From Podarcis filfolensis (lineage: Eukaryota): DNA of 64,000 bases. The stretch's first letter is position 1. The number at the start of each line of letters is the position of its first letter. The translations under genes and the position numbers were made by a program. Under the pieces are notes generated by a model. That model was not told where the DNA came from and searched no databases. It was given only the letters and a program-made list of their open reading frames with translations. The stretch lies in assembly GCA_964270895.1 (NCBI GenBank), contig OZ185443.1; one strand, given 5' to 3'. Shown in pieces: positions 25,980 through 39,482 of this stretch.

Positions 25980-26938
25980 TGCATGAGAAAAAGCACATTT
26001 ATTCTGTCTGTCTGTCTAATGCTCAGCCTTTTCTTATTTTCTTTGGCAACACAAGGCATGCTTGCTGCTGGGTGCCCAAGCTCGATGTGCTCCTATGCTG
26101 GCTTGGCTAGTTTCTCGCTACACATAACTGCCTTGAAATTGAAAATGTGTATGTTCAGACAACACTCTTGGAGGCTGAAGTGCTAAATATTAACAGTTTT
26201 GCCTAGTAAACCATGGTTAGAAAACAACCTACTTTAACAACAGCTATGATGCAAGTATTGGGTGCAGATACATAGCCAGTAGAAGAAATTACTGTAGTGG
26301 GAAATAAATGTGGCAGGTGGGAATAAAACCATAGACTTAGGACAGAAAGTACTTCTATGTAGGCTTTATGACAATAATCCACTTTTAAAAATAACAAACA
26401 AACAATGAAGTGCCTGCTGTCATCCAAGTCCAACATTTGGAAAAGGAAATGTCAGGTCTGTGAATAAACGGGCAATTTTGCAGTTAAGAAACCAGGTCCT
26501 GCTCACAGTTGCCTAAGCATGTGCTTGAGTAGACCCTGCAATAAACTTAAAGAACGTCTCTATCCTAGGTATTTCTGATCTATGAAAAACAGACAGGGTC
26601 TGCAATTATTCATGTTTGCCACTTAGGTAACAGTTTAAAAGTTAGTTTGGTCCAAGTCATACAAGCTGCTTCTCATAGGACACTATTGAAAAGATTTGGA
26701 ATGCCGCCTTTGGGGTCAAAATGTGTCAAATGCTTTCTTGTCTCCATGGAATTGTTGGTTTCTCAAGCAACATATATTGCAAAAGGCTTCGCCCGTTAAT
26801 TGTCTATACATTTTATTTGCCTTTCTTTTACTGTGCAAGTTATTTTTCTGATATGGGTGCTTTTACACATTTGTCTTATATCTTTCTTTCTTTGTCTATA
26901 TTTATTATCTAATATTTATATCTATATGCTTCGCTAAG

Positions 26939-27021
26939 AATGGTTACTGGTTAGTCCTGATTCCAATGGAGCCATAACGACTCTGAAATTTTCAGTCCAA
27001 CATTTCCCCAATGAAGATCTT
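26939..27021 (+). pseudogene. EF-hand-like exon relic
   Basis: after a pyrimidine-rich stretch and AG (26937-38): WLLVSPDSNGAITTLKFSVQHFPNEDL, matching EF loop positions D3,N5,G6,I8,T9,F13. Confidence 0.42.
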
Positions 27022-27750
27022 GTTACTTCAGTGCTATTATAAACTTTTGCTTTGGGATGACATTGACTCCTTTGATCATTAATTAATTTTTATCTACAGC
27101 CAGCCCTATCCCCCAAACTCAGTGAAGATAAAAAACATTTCCCTGTCATTTCCTCAATATCCCATATGAGACAGTGAATAGTGTTACTATTCCCACTTTA
27201 TCAATGGGATTATTGTGACTGAGAGATAGGACCCTATCTAAAGCACCTAATGAATCTATGTGATACATAGAAAGGAATATATACATCAAAGCACAAGTAC
27301 CAACTTCAGTTTTTCTATGGCAGACTACACAACAATTAAGTAAATGTAACATCACTCAATGGCTAAATGTTACATCACTCAATGGTTTCCTTGTGCAAAA
27401 AACTGATCAAGGTTGAAACTTCATATCATCTAACATCACCTCAAAGGCCCTGATCCAATGAGATGCACCCAGCAATCAGATGCCAACACTGATCACGCCT
27501 TCCAGCGAAAGAAAGGAGGGGATCTGGGGAATTTCTAGCTGGATTTTGTCACTAGATGTGAGAATGTTTTCAAAAGAGACACCCAAAAACTAATTTGAAT
27601 CTCTCTAACACTTTTACATGACTGCTGTTAATGCAGAATTTAGAATTCAGGAGATAAACTGAATGTACACTGCAGGCAATGAAGTTTTTATGTTCCCATG
27701 AGCGCTGATTTAAAACAAAGATTACTTAAGCCTCTTTAATGAAATGCTAG

Positions 27751-27819
27751 GAGTCTCTCCTTTGGGCTAATTGTGACTCTCATGGTATACTTAATCTTGT
27801 GCTCATTTAGCACATTCTG
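27751..27819 (+). pseudogene. EF-hand-like exon relic with in-frame stop
   Basis: TAG|ESLLWANCDSHGILNLVLI*HIL|GTGAGT, 69 nt phase 0-0. Confidence 0.42.
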
Positions 27820-27852
27820 GTGAGTCTGGTATAGGAATGGCTTGTGGATGAT

Positions 27853-28184
27853 ACCAGGCCCTCCAAGTGTCCCTATTTTCCAGGGACAGTCCTGGATTTA
27901 CAGAAGCTGTCCCGGTTTCTGATTTGATCCCAGAATGTCCCGCTTTTCCTTAGGACATCCCTTTTTTCATCAGAGAAATGTTGGAGGGTATGGAGTTATC
28001 TGACCCCCCCCCAAGCCATCTGAAGGGAGCCCTGTATACGGGAAATGTTTAATGTTTAATTATATTTTTATATATGTTGGAAGCTGCCCAGAGTGGCTGG
28101 GGCAACCCAGTCAGGTGGGCAGGGTGATGATGATGATGATGAAATAGGGTGTCCCTGTTTTCATCTGAGGAATGTTGGAAGCTA
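27853..28184. mobile_element. hAT-like MITE with adjacent L2 3' tail and partial repeated end
   Basis: CCCTCCAAGTGTCCCTATTTT...GAAATGTTGGAGGGTATG, L2 tail, then a second GTCCCTGTTTTCATC...GTTGGAAGCTATG. Confidence 0.55.
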
Positions 28185-28249
28185 TGTGATACTAATAAAA
28201 AGAATATTAATCATTGTAGTAAATGGCAGGTATGTGGCACTTTAGAGTA

Positions 28250-28544
28250 GGCCACATTCGCACCATACAATTAAAACACCATTATACTATAGCAGTCCTA
28301 TCTTCCCCCAAAGACTCCTGGGAACTGTACTTTTCTAAGGGTGCTGAAAGTTATTAGAAACCCCCTATTTCCCTCACAGAGCTACAATTGCTAGAGTTCC
28401 TTGGGAAGGGAGATTGGTTGTTAAATCACTTTGGAAATTGTAGCTTTGTCCCCTTAACAAGCAACGGTTCCCACAGTTCTGTGGGGGAAGCCATGACTGT
28501 TAAAGTCGTATAATGGTGCTTTAGACGTAGGGTGTGGATATGGC
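28250..28544. mobile_element. Harbinger-like MITE
   Basis: imperfect about 37-bp TIRs (GCCACATTCGCACC...CACCATTATAC / GTATAATGGTG...GTGTGGATATGGC). Confidence 0.65.
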
Positions 28545-29107
28545 GAGAGGCCTAAGGGCCTAATCTGCTCTCTCTCTGGCCCTCATAATAGCCTCATTTT
28601 TGTGTATCTTGCTTTCTCTGGATGCAAGCAGAGATAGCTTGCGAGATGCTAGCTGATGTCTCTTTCACTAATTATTTCCTGGTATGAACAGAAATAGAGG
28701 CTGTGACAGAATTCATCCCACCCCAATGTGCTTCAGTTGCCCACTCCCATGTGTGAACCACATGAGGCCCAAACCTCATGTGACAGAAATAGAATTTTAT
28801 TATTATTTATTTTTATTATTACGGTCACATACCAGTTCTCGCTCACTTACAATATCCGGAAAATCATGAAACACAACAGGAATGCATTGAATTGCAATTG
28901 GTTATAACAGAGACAATTCAGATATAGCGGCAGTTAAAAATATATATTAAATCTTGATCACTAAAATATAACCTAAAATTATCATTTAAAACCTTAATCA
29001 CGTGACAGAAATATAAGCCAAGCAAAAAAAAAAAAAAAAGGGATGATGATTATTATTACAACTGCACTTGCACTTTAGCACTGAAACAAAAATTGGTTTG
29101 TTTTTTC

Positions 29108-29244
29108 AAAGGTAAAGGTAAAGGTACCCCTGACTGTTAGGTCCAGTCGTGGACGACTCTGGGGTTGCGGCGCTCATCTCACTCTATAGGCCAAGGGAGC
29201 CAGCGTTTGTCCACAGACAGCTTCCAGGTCATGTGGCCAGCATG
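29108..29244 (-). mobile_element. 5'-truncated Sauria SINE
   Basis: 3' 135 bp only; TTGTTTTTT repeated at both flanks. Confidence 0.85.
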
Positions 29245-30206
29245 TTGTTTTTTTAAAGCCACACAAATACCAAAGACAAAAGGAAAGGAATGGGTGGAAA
29301 TAACCACACTGCAGATCATGTAGTGGTGGAGGGGGAAGTAGCCAACGCATAGTGCAGTCCCACTGATCAGGGAGAGAAGGAACCGAGGAAGGACAAATCC
29401 AGTCTCTTGATCCCTCTCGCAAACTGCTAATTTGTGGAATTTGTTAAGGGCTCCAGCTATGCAGGGCAGGTGATGGTAGCAGTTCAAGCAAGAAATTCAG
29501 GGGGGGACAGGGATAGGGATTCACCTTCCATGTCACAGTTGCCTCACAGACCATCATTGCTTCTTACCAGGCAAGTCAAAATCACTTTGCCAGTCGGCAT
29601 GCAAATCACCACAAACCAAGCCTTTTAAAAGAGAGAAGGACGGTGAAACTATTGGAAAATAGCAGTCATTTTGGATCAGGACTATTACCTATTCTGGTTC
29701 AGCATCCTGTTTTCACAGTGGGAAACCAGATGTCTCTAAGGAGCCTCCTAGCTGGACTCTCCCCAGTAATCCTTACGACAGCTCTGTAAAGTAAGTCAGT
29801 ATTTATCATCTTCATTTTGCAGAAATAAGACTGCCAAAGCTGGACCTCCTGTTGGCGGTGAGTTTTGAGCCATGGACTTCCTAGACTTATAGCCCCTTCA
29901 CTATTTCTAGGTGTGGAGTTTTTGTAAGACACCATAATTAACGGATGTCCAAAGGAATAAGAAACCTAGCGTTGTATACAATAAAATGGGGTGGAGGTGG
30001 ATATGGGGAGTTGCACCATGATGACAAAAGGTTGGAGAAGCAAATCTGGATTCGGTTATAATGCCACATCATAATCACCTGCTTTTAAGACAAAACTGTT
30101 ACTGCAAAGGTGACATATCTGAGCTCATTAGCAAGAAACATTTTGGCACTTGTGGACCAGTATAAAACTGAACTCATATTTCCATAGTATAGCTTTTATT
30201 ACCCAG

Positions 30207-30249
30207 TTTAATTATCGAAGATCAGAAGTCTGGCTCTCTCCTATGAAGG
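30207..30249 (+). pseudogene. weak EF-hand-like exon relic with 2-nt deletion
   Basis: CAG acceptor 30204-06; LIIEDQKSGSL then, restoring a TC lost from CTCTCTC, SYE. Confidence 0.28.
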
Positions 30250-33151
30250 TCCCACAGTTAAGAATTTACACGCTTTGTCCCCATATTTACAATACCTTTT
30301 GACTGAGATGTCTAAAACCTTTTAGCATAAGGTTTAAGCAGTGGACAGTCAGCTCTGGCACTTCTTAGAAATCTTTTCAGAGGGGCCATGTGGCTGAGTT
30401 CTAATCCGGGAAGAGCCACTGCCTCTCTGTGTGATCTGACAGAGTGACATATCACTTGACCCCGGTCACAGCAGCTGTAGACCTAGGTTAGAAAGTCAGG
30501 CCTGAACAGAAAAGCGGGCCATGCTATCTGTCCAGTCCTTTCCCTGCTAATAAATGAGAAGTGCTGTTTTTTTCCTTGTCCATTCCCTCCACAATTCAAA
30601 TATATATTTATGAGGGGCAGGCAAGAATTTGAGCCTCCCTTTCAATGCACACGTTTTCATGGGAAATTAAAAACCTATACATTGGCTGTCTAACAACTCG
30701 AAACAATAGATACTCCATGTGCATACCTGAATCTTTAATTTATACATTTAACTCTGACAATTTATCAACTTCAACTCAGTGGCTTGCAGAGGGGTGGGGG
30801 TGGGGAAACAAAAGGACTGTTTAAACACATAGCTAGAGCTCTGCCTAGCCAGAAATATTTTAATATATACGGTAAGGGGCATTTTTACGTATGAACACGT
30901 GGTTTTTAATCTCACTTTTGTTGAAATACCTGTTCAGATATTTGGATAGTGCGCATTACTTTATACACTGAAATCAGGATTGATAGAATATTCTCATTTT
31001 TAATGTCAGCTGGTGATGGTTTATTGTTGTTGCTGCTGCTGCTGTTTTAAAATTATTGTTATTATTACTATTTTAAATTTAAATTGCTTTTTCTGTTGTA
31101 TTCATAATATTTTTAAAAAAATCAGAATAAACAAACAAATAATGGGAGCTTTGAGGAAAAGAGGCATATTTTTAACAAAGGAAACTAAAATAGCACCTTT
31201 AATGCCAAGTTCTTTTCTAAGCATGATAAAATATTGATGAAAAGAAACCAGTTCTTTGTCTAAGCCTGCAGAGGGCGCAGTGCTTCTTCTTTAACCCTCT
31301 CGGGCATACAGTTCTGTGGAATTCTTAAGTTGGCAGTTTAAAGTCTATCAAGGCGGCCTGCTTACAGAATACACTTGCTGGGACCATAGGAGGGGAGAGT
31401 GCTGCTGCACTCAAGTCCTGCTTGTGTGCTTCTCACAGGCATTTGGCTGGCTCATGTGAGAACATGATGCTAGAACATTGGCTTGGTCCAGCAGGCTCTC
31501 CTCATGTTATTATGTTCATATATAGGAAAGTTGAATCCATATTGCTCGAGGGTGTGATGTGTTTTGTGGGTGTGCGTTATCGATCAGTGTCCTACACTTG
31601 GCTTTTAAAAAGGGTACAAGATGTCAAATTAACGTGCATTGCAAAATGATTCTATGCATTTATTGTAACGATGGCCATGTTTTCTGAGCAACTACAAAAA
31701 CCCAAAACAATAACCGGGGTAATGAATTCAGTTTAGCAAAATCTCGTTTAGACACGAAACATGATTCCCATCCCCTCAGTTTTGAAGTGGTTATTCTATG
31801 CTGCTAGGAAATTATTTTACTTATTTGGGCGGCCTAATTGACTCATACATATGTCAGAGTGAGTCCTGTGGGGCTTACACCCAAGCAAATGTGCAAAGGA
31901 TGGCACCTTTTGATATTTCCATCCCAAATAAACGGGGGAATCTGGCTCTTTTAGCATACATTTTCTCAGATTGATTCTTTTGAGTTCTTCCAAAGTGTAA
32001 GTATGAAGGACCTTCAGACAATATGGAATATATTTCTTACCGTCGGCTTCTTACAGAGTAATCTGAGCTACAGAAATTTCAGCCTGGCCAACCAGTCTCC
32101 AAATATAGTAGGTCTATTAAAAGTGCTGCAGTTGGGAGCTGGCCTTCTCTCATGCCAAATCATTTGACCTTAACATTAGCAAATATTTTGATTCCTGCTA
32201 GTGTATGTCTGAGCATAAGCCATCAAAAGGAATCCATATTGCAAGCTGTCCAGGGAGCCTGTCAGTCCCATGTTAGCAGCCCCCGGTCAATGAGGTCATC
32301 ATCTTTGCCCACATTTTGCTTCTTTGAAACATATGTTTATGCAACATCCAACACTTACACATTTTTGGATAAAAGCATTAGGATGTATAAATACTACTTT
32401 TGGGGAATTAAAATCGTCAAATGATAATATTATCCTAAACCACATACCAATTATGTGGGGTTTGACAGTCGGTCATCGTAGATAGACTTTTCGTGCCCTT
32501 ACTTCTGCCAAAAGATTGATATTGACTCACTAGAAAGAGAACACTACACCCCCCCCTTTGATCAATGAATAGAAGATATGACAACTCTTGCAACATGTGA
32601 ACAGGTTGCTTTTAGATGCATGGATAGATATAACGATCCTTGGAATGCATTTATGAAAAAATTATAATGACTCGTTAATAATTGTATGCTTGCTGGAATA
32701 ATAGCATTACTTACCGGTATATACATATATACTGTGTTCAGTTTCGATCACCTTTTTCTTCCCCCTCCCTCCCATTTCTTTATTTGTCTCCTGAAATTTT
32801 TTAATTAATAGAAACTTTGCCCACCCTGAGTGCCATTGTCCACTTATAGCATGTGACATAGCAAAGCACGGAAGCAGCTGCGCTTCTGCTTCTGTCAAGG
32901 CAACCAGGCCCAGCCCACGCCGTGGTTCAGCATCGCTTAGCTGTGGAAGCTCATAGGCTGTCAGTAAAACAAGCCTCCACCTGAATATGTGAAAAGTTAC
33001 ACTTGTCAGAGTTTGAGGGTGGTGGGGAAAGGGCCAGCCCTCCCATTAGGTAGAGGAGCAGGTGGCCCAGTGGAGGGAGCCACATCGGCTGTCTCCTTGC
33101 ATTCTTTTTTACTGCAGCGGCCAGCCACAACATACCCTTCTGCTTCCTATA

Positions 33152-33385
33152 CAGTGGTACCTTGGGTTACAAACACCTCAGGTTACAAACACTTCAGGTT
33201 ACAGACTCCACTAACCCGGAAGTAGTGCCTCGGGTTAAGAACTTCACCTCAGGATGAGAAGAGAAATCACATGCTGGCAGCAGTGAGAGGCCCCATTAGC
33301 TAAAGTGGTACCTCAGGTTAAGAACGGTTTCAGGTTAAGAACAGACCTCCGGAACGAATTAAGTTCGTAACCAGAGGTACCACTG
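33152..33385. mobile_element. Tigger-like MITE, family 1
   Basis: CAGTGGTACC TIRs; TA left, GA (mutated) right. Confidence 0.88.
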
Positions 33386-33944
33386 GATTATATTTAATAG
33401 TTAAAATGAAACAGCTATGTTGGAGTGGCAGCCTGTGATGTCTTAGTGCTTAGGTGCAGGCGTTCCTATGTATATGCACTACAGTCAAGGTGCATCTGCC
33501 CCACAATCGGTAATGTGCCTTCGAGAGACCTGAGGAAGGACAGCTGAACACCAAAGACTGGCAGATGCAGTGCGGTAAGAGGCCTGCACAAACTCTGCCT
33601 CCCTGAGAAAAATTGAGACAGTGTTTTACCAAGAACAGGTACCAGAAAAATTGGATCGTTGTTCCTAAATAGGAATCATCGTAAATGTGTGGGTATTTCG
33701 GTCAGGTTTTTGAGAAAACGGACGCCATTGCCCTAGCACTCACCTGCAATACCAAAATAATACCAGAAGGTGGCCGACTTGCTGGAACTTCCATTCCGTA
33801 TACTAAGCTATATCTCAGCAGTATATTTTGTGGTTGCATGCTGTTTCTGAACTGGGATAGCTTGAACACATGCTGGTAACCTCAAGGTTGGATTTCTGCA
33901 ATGCTCTGTATGTGGAACTAGCCTTGTTTGTTTGTTTGTTTGTT

Positions 33945-34690
33945 TGTTTGATTTATATACTGCCCTTCATCTTGAGATCTCAGGGCATTTCACATAAATA
34001 AAATACAAGATAAAAACAAACAAATAATTAAAACAAAGCAGCAAAACAATAAACACTCCCCCTTCCAACAAACACATTTTAAAGGCTGTAGAATATTAAT
34101 CAGCCAAGGGCCTGGTTGAAGAGGAACGTTTCCACCTGGCACCTAAAATATATATTTAATGAAGTTGCCAGGCAAACCTCCCTGGGGAGAGTATTCCGCA
34201 AATGGGGAGCCACTACAGAGCAGGCCTGTTCTCGTGTTGCCACCCTCCAGACGTCACAAGGAGGAGGCACATGAAGAAAGTGATGAACACAGAGTATGGG
34301 ATGGTTTATATGGGGAGAGGCTGTCCTTGAGGTCCTGAGCCATTTAAGGCTTTATAGGTCAACACAAGCGCTTTGAATTTGGCCCAGAAAATGATTAGCA
34401 GCAAGTGCAGTCAGGCCAGGATTGGTGTAATATGTTCAAACAGTTTTGGCCCAGTGAGCAACCTGGCCGCCGAACTCTGACCAGCTAAACCATCTTCAGA
34501 GGAGCCCTGCATTTAACATGTTGCAGTAATCCAAACTAGAGCTTACTGGATAATAAACTACAGAAATTGGGCTATCTGTCCCTATCCCTATCTGTCCAGA
34601 TAGGAGTGTAGCTGGGCCATCAGCTGAAGCTGATGGAAGGCATTCCATGCCACTGAGGCCATCTGAGCCTCAACCGACAGCAGAGGATCC
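33945..34690 (-). mobile_element. L2 LINE 3' fragment
   Basis: (TTTG)n tail at left, degraded L2 RT sequence; a short plus-strand L2 piece (LVTSRLDFCNALY) lies at about 33871-33920. Confidence 0.7.
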
Positions 34691-35161
34691 AGGAGCATAG
34701 GAGCCAACTCTTAGGGGCTGAGGACCCTTTGGCCCCCGCCCATAAAATATTTGAGGGGCCTGCCCACAAAAACATTAATGGGCATTGCCATTCAAATGGT
34801 GTGCATGTGTCGCATCATGTGATCAATTATGCAGGGCGGGGCTTACCTGTCCCCCGCCCCCATATTTTATTCAAGTTGACAACTCTGTCCAGGAGTACCC
34901 ACAAGCTATGTCCTTCAGAGGAAGTGTAACCCCATCATGAGCAGGCAGCCTCCCAGCCTTGTTGGTTTGGCCCTGGCTAGGTGAGGGCAAGCTACTGCCA
35001 GCCTATAACTCCTTGTGTTATACCAGTAACTGTCAACATTAACCACGTTCCGTACACTTTACCTTTTTAGTCCCTTTCTTCAGTGGTTGGCAATGTGGGT
35101 CCCAGGACCTGCAAAGGCTTTTCTCTGTATTGCTTCATTCTCTCCCCGCTGCCATATGATA

Positions 35162-35430
35162 GGTAAAGGTACCCCTGACGGTTAGCTCCAGTCGCGGATG
35201 ACTCTGGGGTTGCGTGCTCATCTCGCTTTATAGGCCGAGGGAGCAGGCATTTGTCCGCAGACAGCTTCCGGGTCATGTGGCCAGCATGACAAGCCACCTT
35301 TGGCGAACCAGAGCAGCGCACAGAAACGCCTTTTACCTTCCTGACGGAGCAGTACTTGTTTATCTACTTGCACTTTGATGTGCTTTTAAACAGTGCTTTC
35401 TGTGGTTTAGACCACAGCGCCACCCGCATC
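35162..35430 (-). mobile_element. Sauria SINE with internal deletion
   Basis: both ends present, 10-bp TSD CCATATGATA (35152-61, 35431-40). Confidence 0.88.
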
Positions 35431-38400
35431 CCATATGATAACAAATCACTATTACCTCAGAGAAAGTGGTAGGGGTGGCCATTTTACAAGGGGGCTGGAA
35501 AAACCACCTGAAATCAACCCACGGTCCTTAGGTTGCTTACATCTGCAGTTCCTTTTAACCGTTGAAGCAGGCAGTTGTCTAGGAAAGCTTGTGCCACTTT
35601 AAGCCAATTAGTCCCTGAGGTACAATAGCAGTTTTCCTTGCCCTGCTGCTACAGAACACAACAGCACTCCTTCCCAGCTTTGCTTTGGTGAGCCATATCT
35701 AATTAGCACCTCCTTATTCAGCAATATCCTGTTCTGCTGCTTAATTAAGAGTCTCTTGTGGCACATAATTCTCTGGGCTTCCTGTCTTTCTTTAGAGAAG
35801 TACACAAAAGCAGCAGGATCCCCTCCTCACCAGGCATTAACTTGATGTGGTGATGCTTTTTCTGAGAGACTTGACTTCTTGCCTTGTGCCTCCTCACCCC
35901 TTCCATGCTGAGATGCCTTGTTCCTTTCCCTCCCAGGGTCATGTCCTACACAGCATCCCCACTGCGGCATGCTCTGCTGGGTCACAGAAACATGAGATGA
36001 CACTTTGAAATACCATAAACATAGGAGGAAAACAAAATAACGGCACTCTGCACCCACATATCTAGATCCTTCTGGAAATACGATGGGACGCTAATGGCAG
36101 GGCCGCTTTAGGCTTCTGGTCCTCTTGCACCTTTAGGTGGGTACAGGATGGGACCTGTTGTTAACTTGTTGGATTCAGCCTCTTAAATAGCAAGCATGTT
36201 CCCAAGAACAGCCAGTGGATGCTTCTTAGGTTTCAGCCCTGGAAATATGTCATCTATGTTCAAGATCACATGAGGACAAGCGTCTTAAGTAAAAACTGTA
36301 GCTGTTCTTTACTAAAGAATAGGAAGAAAAGCAGCAACAACAACACATTTTCTGCATATTGCCAAGACGCTTTCTTTTAATAATCTGTTTAAACAAACTA
36401 GTGGTACTCCCCCCTTTTTTTCTTTTTTCTTTTGCTTATTGACATAAGCATTCATTTGCTAATTTGCAGGACATTAAACTCCACCACTGAGCCTCCTCTC
36501 TCTTTCCCGCCTCCCTACCCTGCAGTTCCTGAATGCGAGATAAATGCTTTCCTTCTTAAGGTTGCTTAGACCCTGCATGAGTCCCGGCACACATGTGTCC
36601 CCACCCACCCCAACCCAGTCTCTATCTTCTATATAAAAGTCAATGTTTTGATCGCCTTAAAGGAAATAATGAGTTAAATGGACCAATATTCTCTCCTTGG
36701 CTCTCAAACTGGGCCTTTTCATAAACGCCTCTGAGCACCTGCAGCAGCTAAGTCGTTTACACATACATAAATAAATAAATTAACAATGAATAAATAATTT
36801 AATCCTCCCGCCCTCCCCATTTGCACAATGACACCTTGCGGATTTGCTCCAAGTGAGTTTTTTCTTTCTTTCTTTCCCCATTTCTCCCCCCCCCCCAATT
36901 TTCTTTCTTTTTTTCTGATAAAGTCCTCTCAGATACTTGCTGACTGTCAGGCTAATTTTATTATTGTTTTCGCTTGATTAGTTCTGTATGACCTGGGTCG
37001 CCCTTAAAACCCACATCTCTCGGGGAGGCTCCCCAAAGGCTGCCTTTTTTCCCCCTTCCACCCCTTCCTCAAAAGGGATGGAAAGTGCCTGCCATTGCTC
37101 CGGACAAAAGCCCTGGAAGGTTTTTCAGTTATTAGTCTTCTGAAGCAGCCCCTTCCGCTCACCCAACCGCAAAAAAACCTCATTAGGGGGGCACCTTTAT
37201 TTTCTGGCTTCTATACCCAATGCATGTAAGGGTTACATATGTCAAGTTTCTCAGGTCTTGGATGAATCTGAACATTCTCTCCTTTAACCCTGCAGGGCTC
37301 TTTAAGTTGAGCCCACCACAGGGACTCGCTGCATCTTTTCACTTCTACATTGTCTTGGCTCAAGGGCCACGGATCCTTTAAAAATAAAAAGGAAAATGCA
37401 CACACCCAGAAACAAAAACCTAAGATGAACTTGTGTACAACGGCATAGGTATTATATTGCTGCACAGAAGTGAACTTTGACAGGTGTGCATCAACAAGCA
37501 GCAACAGATAAGCAGTGTTACCACAATCTCATAAAAGTTTCTCCCCAAAAGCAAACCGAAAACCCACACCCCACTAAAAGCAACAAAAGAATATTGTTTC
37601 AACATGAAAGCTAACATGAGCACCTGTCTGACATGTGGATGAAATACTCTCCAAATAAATTTACCCTTTCCAAAATATATGGAAATATATATATCTATGA
37701 AAATACTATGAATACTAGAAGGGTGAGAAGCTCATTTAAAAACAAAACATTTCCAGAGGGTTCGCTGTGTTATGCTGCAATCCTAGCCCATTTACCTGGG
37801 AGTTAGACACACTGCACTATATAAGACTTAACATTGTTAAGTAGACATTGTTAGGAGGACTGTGTTGTTAGTCTGTTGCAGGCAGCAGGGAAAATGAGCC
37901 TTGTGGCATTTTTAAGACTAAAAAACTTCTTCTGGCATAAGCTTTTGAAATGGACTCATGCCTGCAAAAAAGTCTACTATAATAAGGTGTCCCCCCCCCC
38001 ATCTTTGCTGTTTTTGCCCCTACAAAAGACTGACACAGCTACCTGGTTGGGTTTTTTTATTAAAAAAAACCCCCAAACCCACAGAACAGCTTTTCAGCCT
38101 TTCTGTGAAAACTGCCTATCATTTTGAAGAGGGTACATGTATTTGGAGGGGTGTGCCTTAGTTGTCTATATGCAGGAGTCAACCGCAACACGGTCCTGTT
38201 CATAGCTGTGCAAGTGCTTGTGTGAATTATAATAAATTGTTCTTTCCTGCTATGAAAAAACAAGCAAGCCGTGTTCAGTGGCAGATTTGGGGACCTCAAA
38301 TTTCTGTGGCGCCTTGGGCGACACTAAAATCCAGCTCCCTCCCTGCCTCTTGTGCTCTGTCCTACATCACTGTTGCAGCGCCGTCCCCCCACCCCACCCC

Positions 38401-38661
38401 CAGTGCCGGTGCACAGTGTGGCCACACCAGTTGTACTACCCTAAAACCACCTCTACCATGAGTGATGAGAATGCTATTGTGTTATATCAAGTGAAGGCGT
38501 ACCTAGCTCTCTGGGGTTTTGTGCAGCTAGGGGCCTGCTTGATGCCATTTCATGACTCGCAGCTGGTACTGGACAGCACATGTTTCTGACTGCTGAAAGA
38601 AGACATTTGGGAGTATGGGAAGAGTGTGCAAAGCCCTGTGTCCATATTGCATTTTTATTAT

Positions 38662-38705
<44 letters not shown>
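38662..38705. repeat. (TAG)n microsatellite
   Basis: about 14 units. Confidence 0.95.
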
Positions 38706-39435
38706 TTTGAATCTTGCCTGCCACCTTCCCATTGGCCTTTGACTGGTCTCTGTCTCTCACTTCACCCTGTTGCATGGTCCTGGGGCAGTCCAGGCTGAAG
38801 AGTCTCTAGCCATGAGGGGTTTGTTTGTTCAATAACGCTTGAAAGCACAAGTGACCTCTGTATTAAGAAGGCTGCCGGTCACTGGGTAGACCCATGCTGA
38901 CTGTAAGGCTCCTCCAGCAGTTAAGGCAAATTCAAGGAGACTGAGGCCTGGTCCTAGCAAGCAGCTTTGTTCCTTACTCCCATGGGCAGAGAGAACCTTT
39001 GATTTCATGGGGATGATTATTTTTATTCTTGCCCAATCAAGGATGAAGCCCAAGGAACAAGAGATTGCCCCTTTCAGAGACGCAACAATGGATCACCTCC
39101 AGCCCAAACCACTGGGAAGTTTTCTCTGTGTTTTGTTGAGGGCTCCTGGAAACCAGCACTATACAACTTACTTAAAAGGAGAGCGCATGAGAAGGGGAGG
39201 CGGCATGAATCGACACATTGTGGGAAGACAAGATGGGAGGGAGACACGCTGAACTCTTAACTCTGCCTCCAGATACTTCTCTGGCCAAGACTAACATTAT
39301 TGTCCTTAATGGAAGGAAATTGAAACTACTTCCAAAGTAATTCTCGGTCTTTATCGCAGAAGGCAGAAATGAGCGGAGGCATTTCAGGGCTAGAGATGGA
39401 GACAGGAGGTTCAGAGAGTCAGGGAAATATCTGAG

Positions 39436-39437
<2 letters not shown>

Positions 39438-39478
<41 letters not shown>
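39438..39478. repeat. (GT)n microsatellite
   Basis: about 20 units. Confidence 0.95.

Positions 39479-39482
<4 letters not shown>

Noticed and set aside
25639-26110. Long ORFs containing X runs
   Set aside because: Artefacts of the N gap
16790-33000. Further EF-like fragments at about 16810 (YFSTGLLRSDDF), 21675 (WDPQATAS), 24265 (CDW*RYFMAELKH), 29400 (LDPSRKLLI), 32000 (DNMEYISYRR), 32625 (RYNDPWNAFMK)
   Set aside because: Too degenerate to tell from chance by eye; worth re-testing only if an ortholog is found
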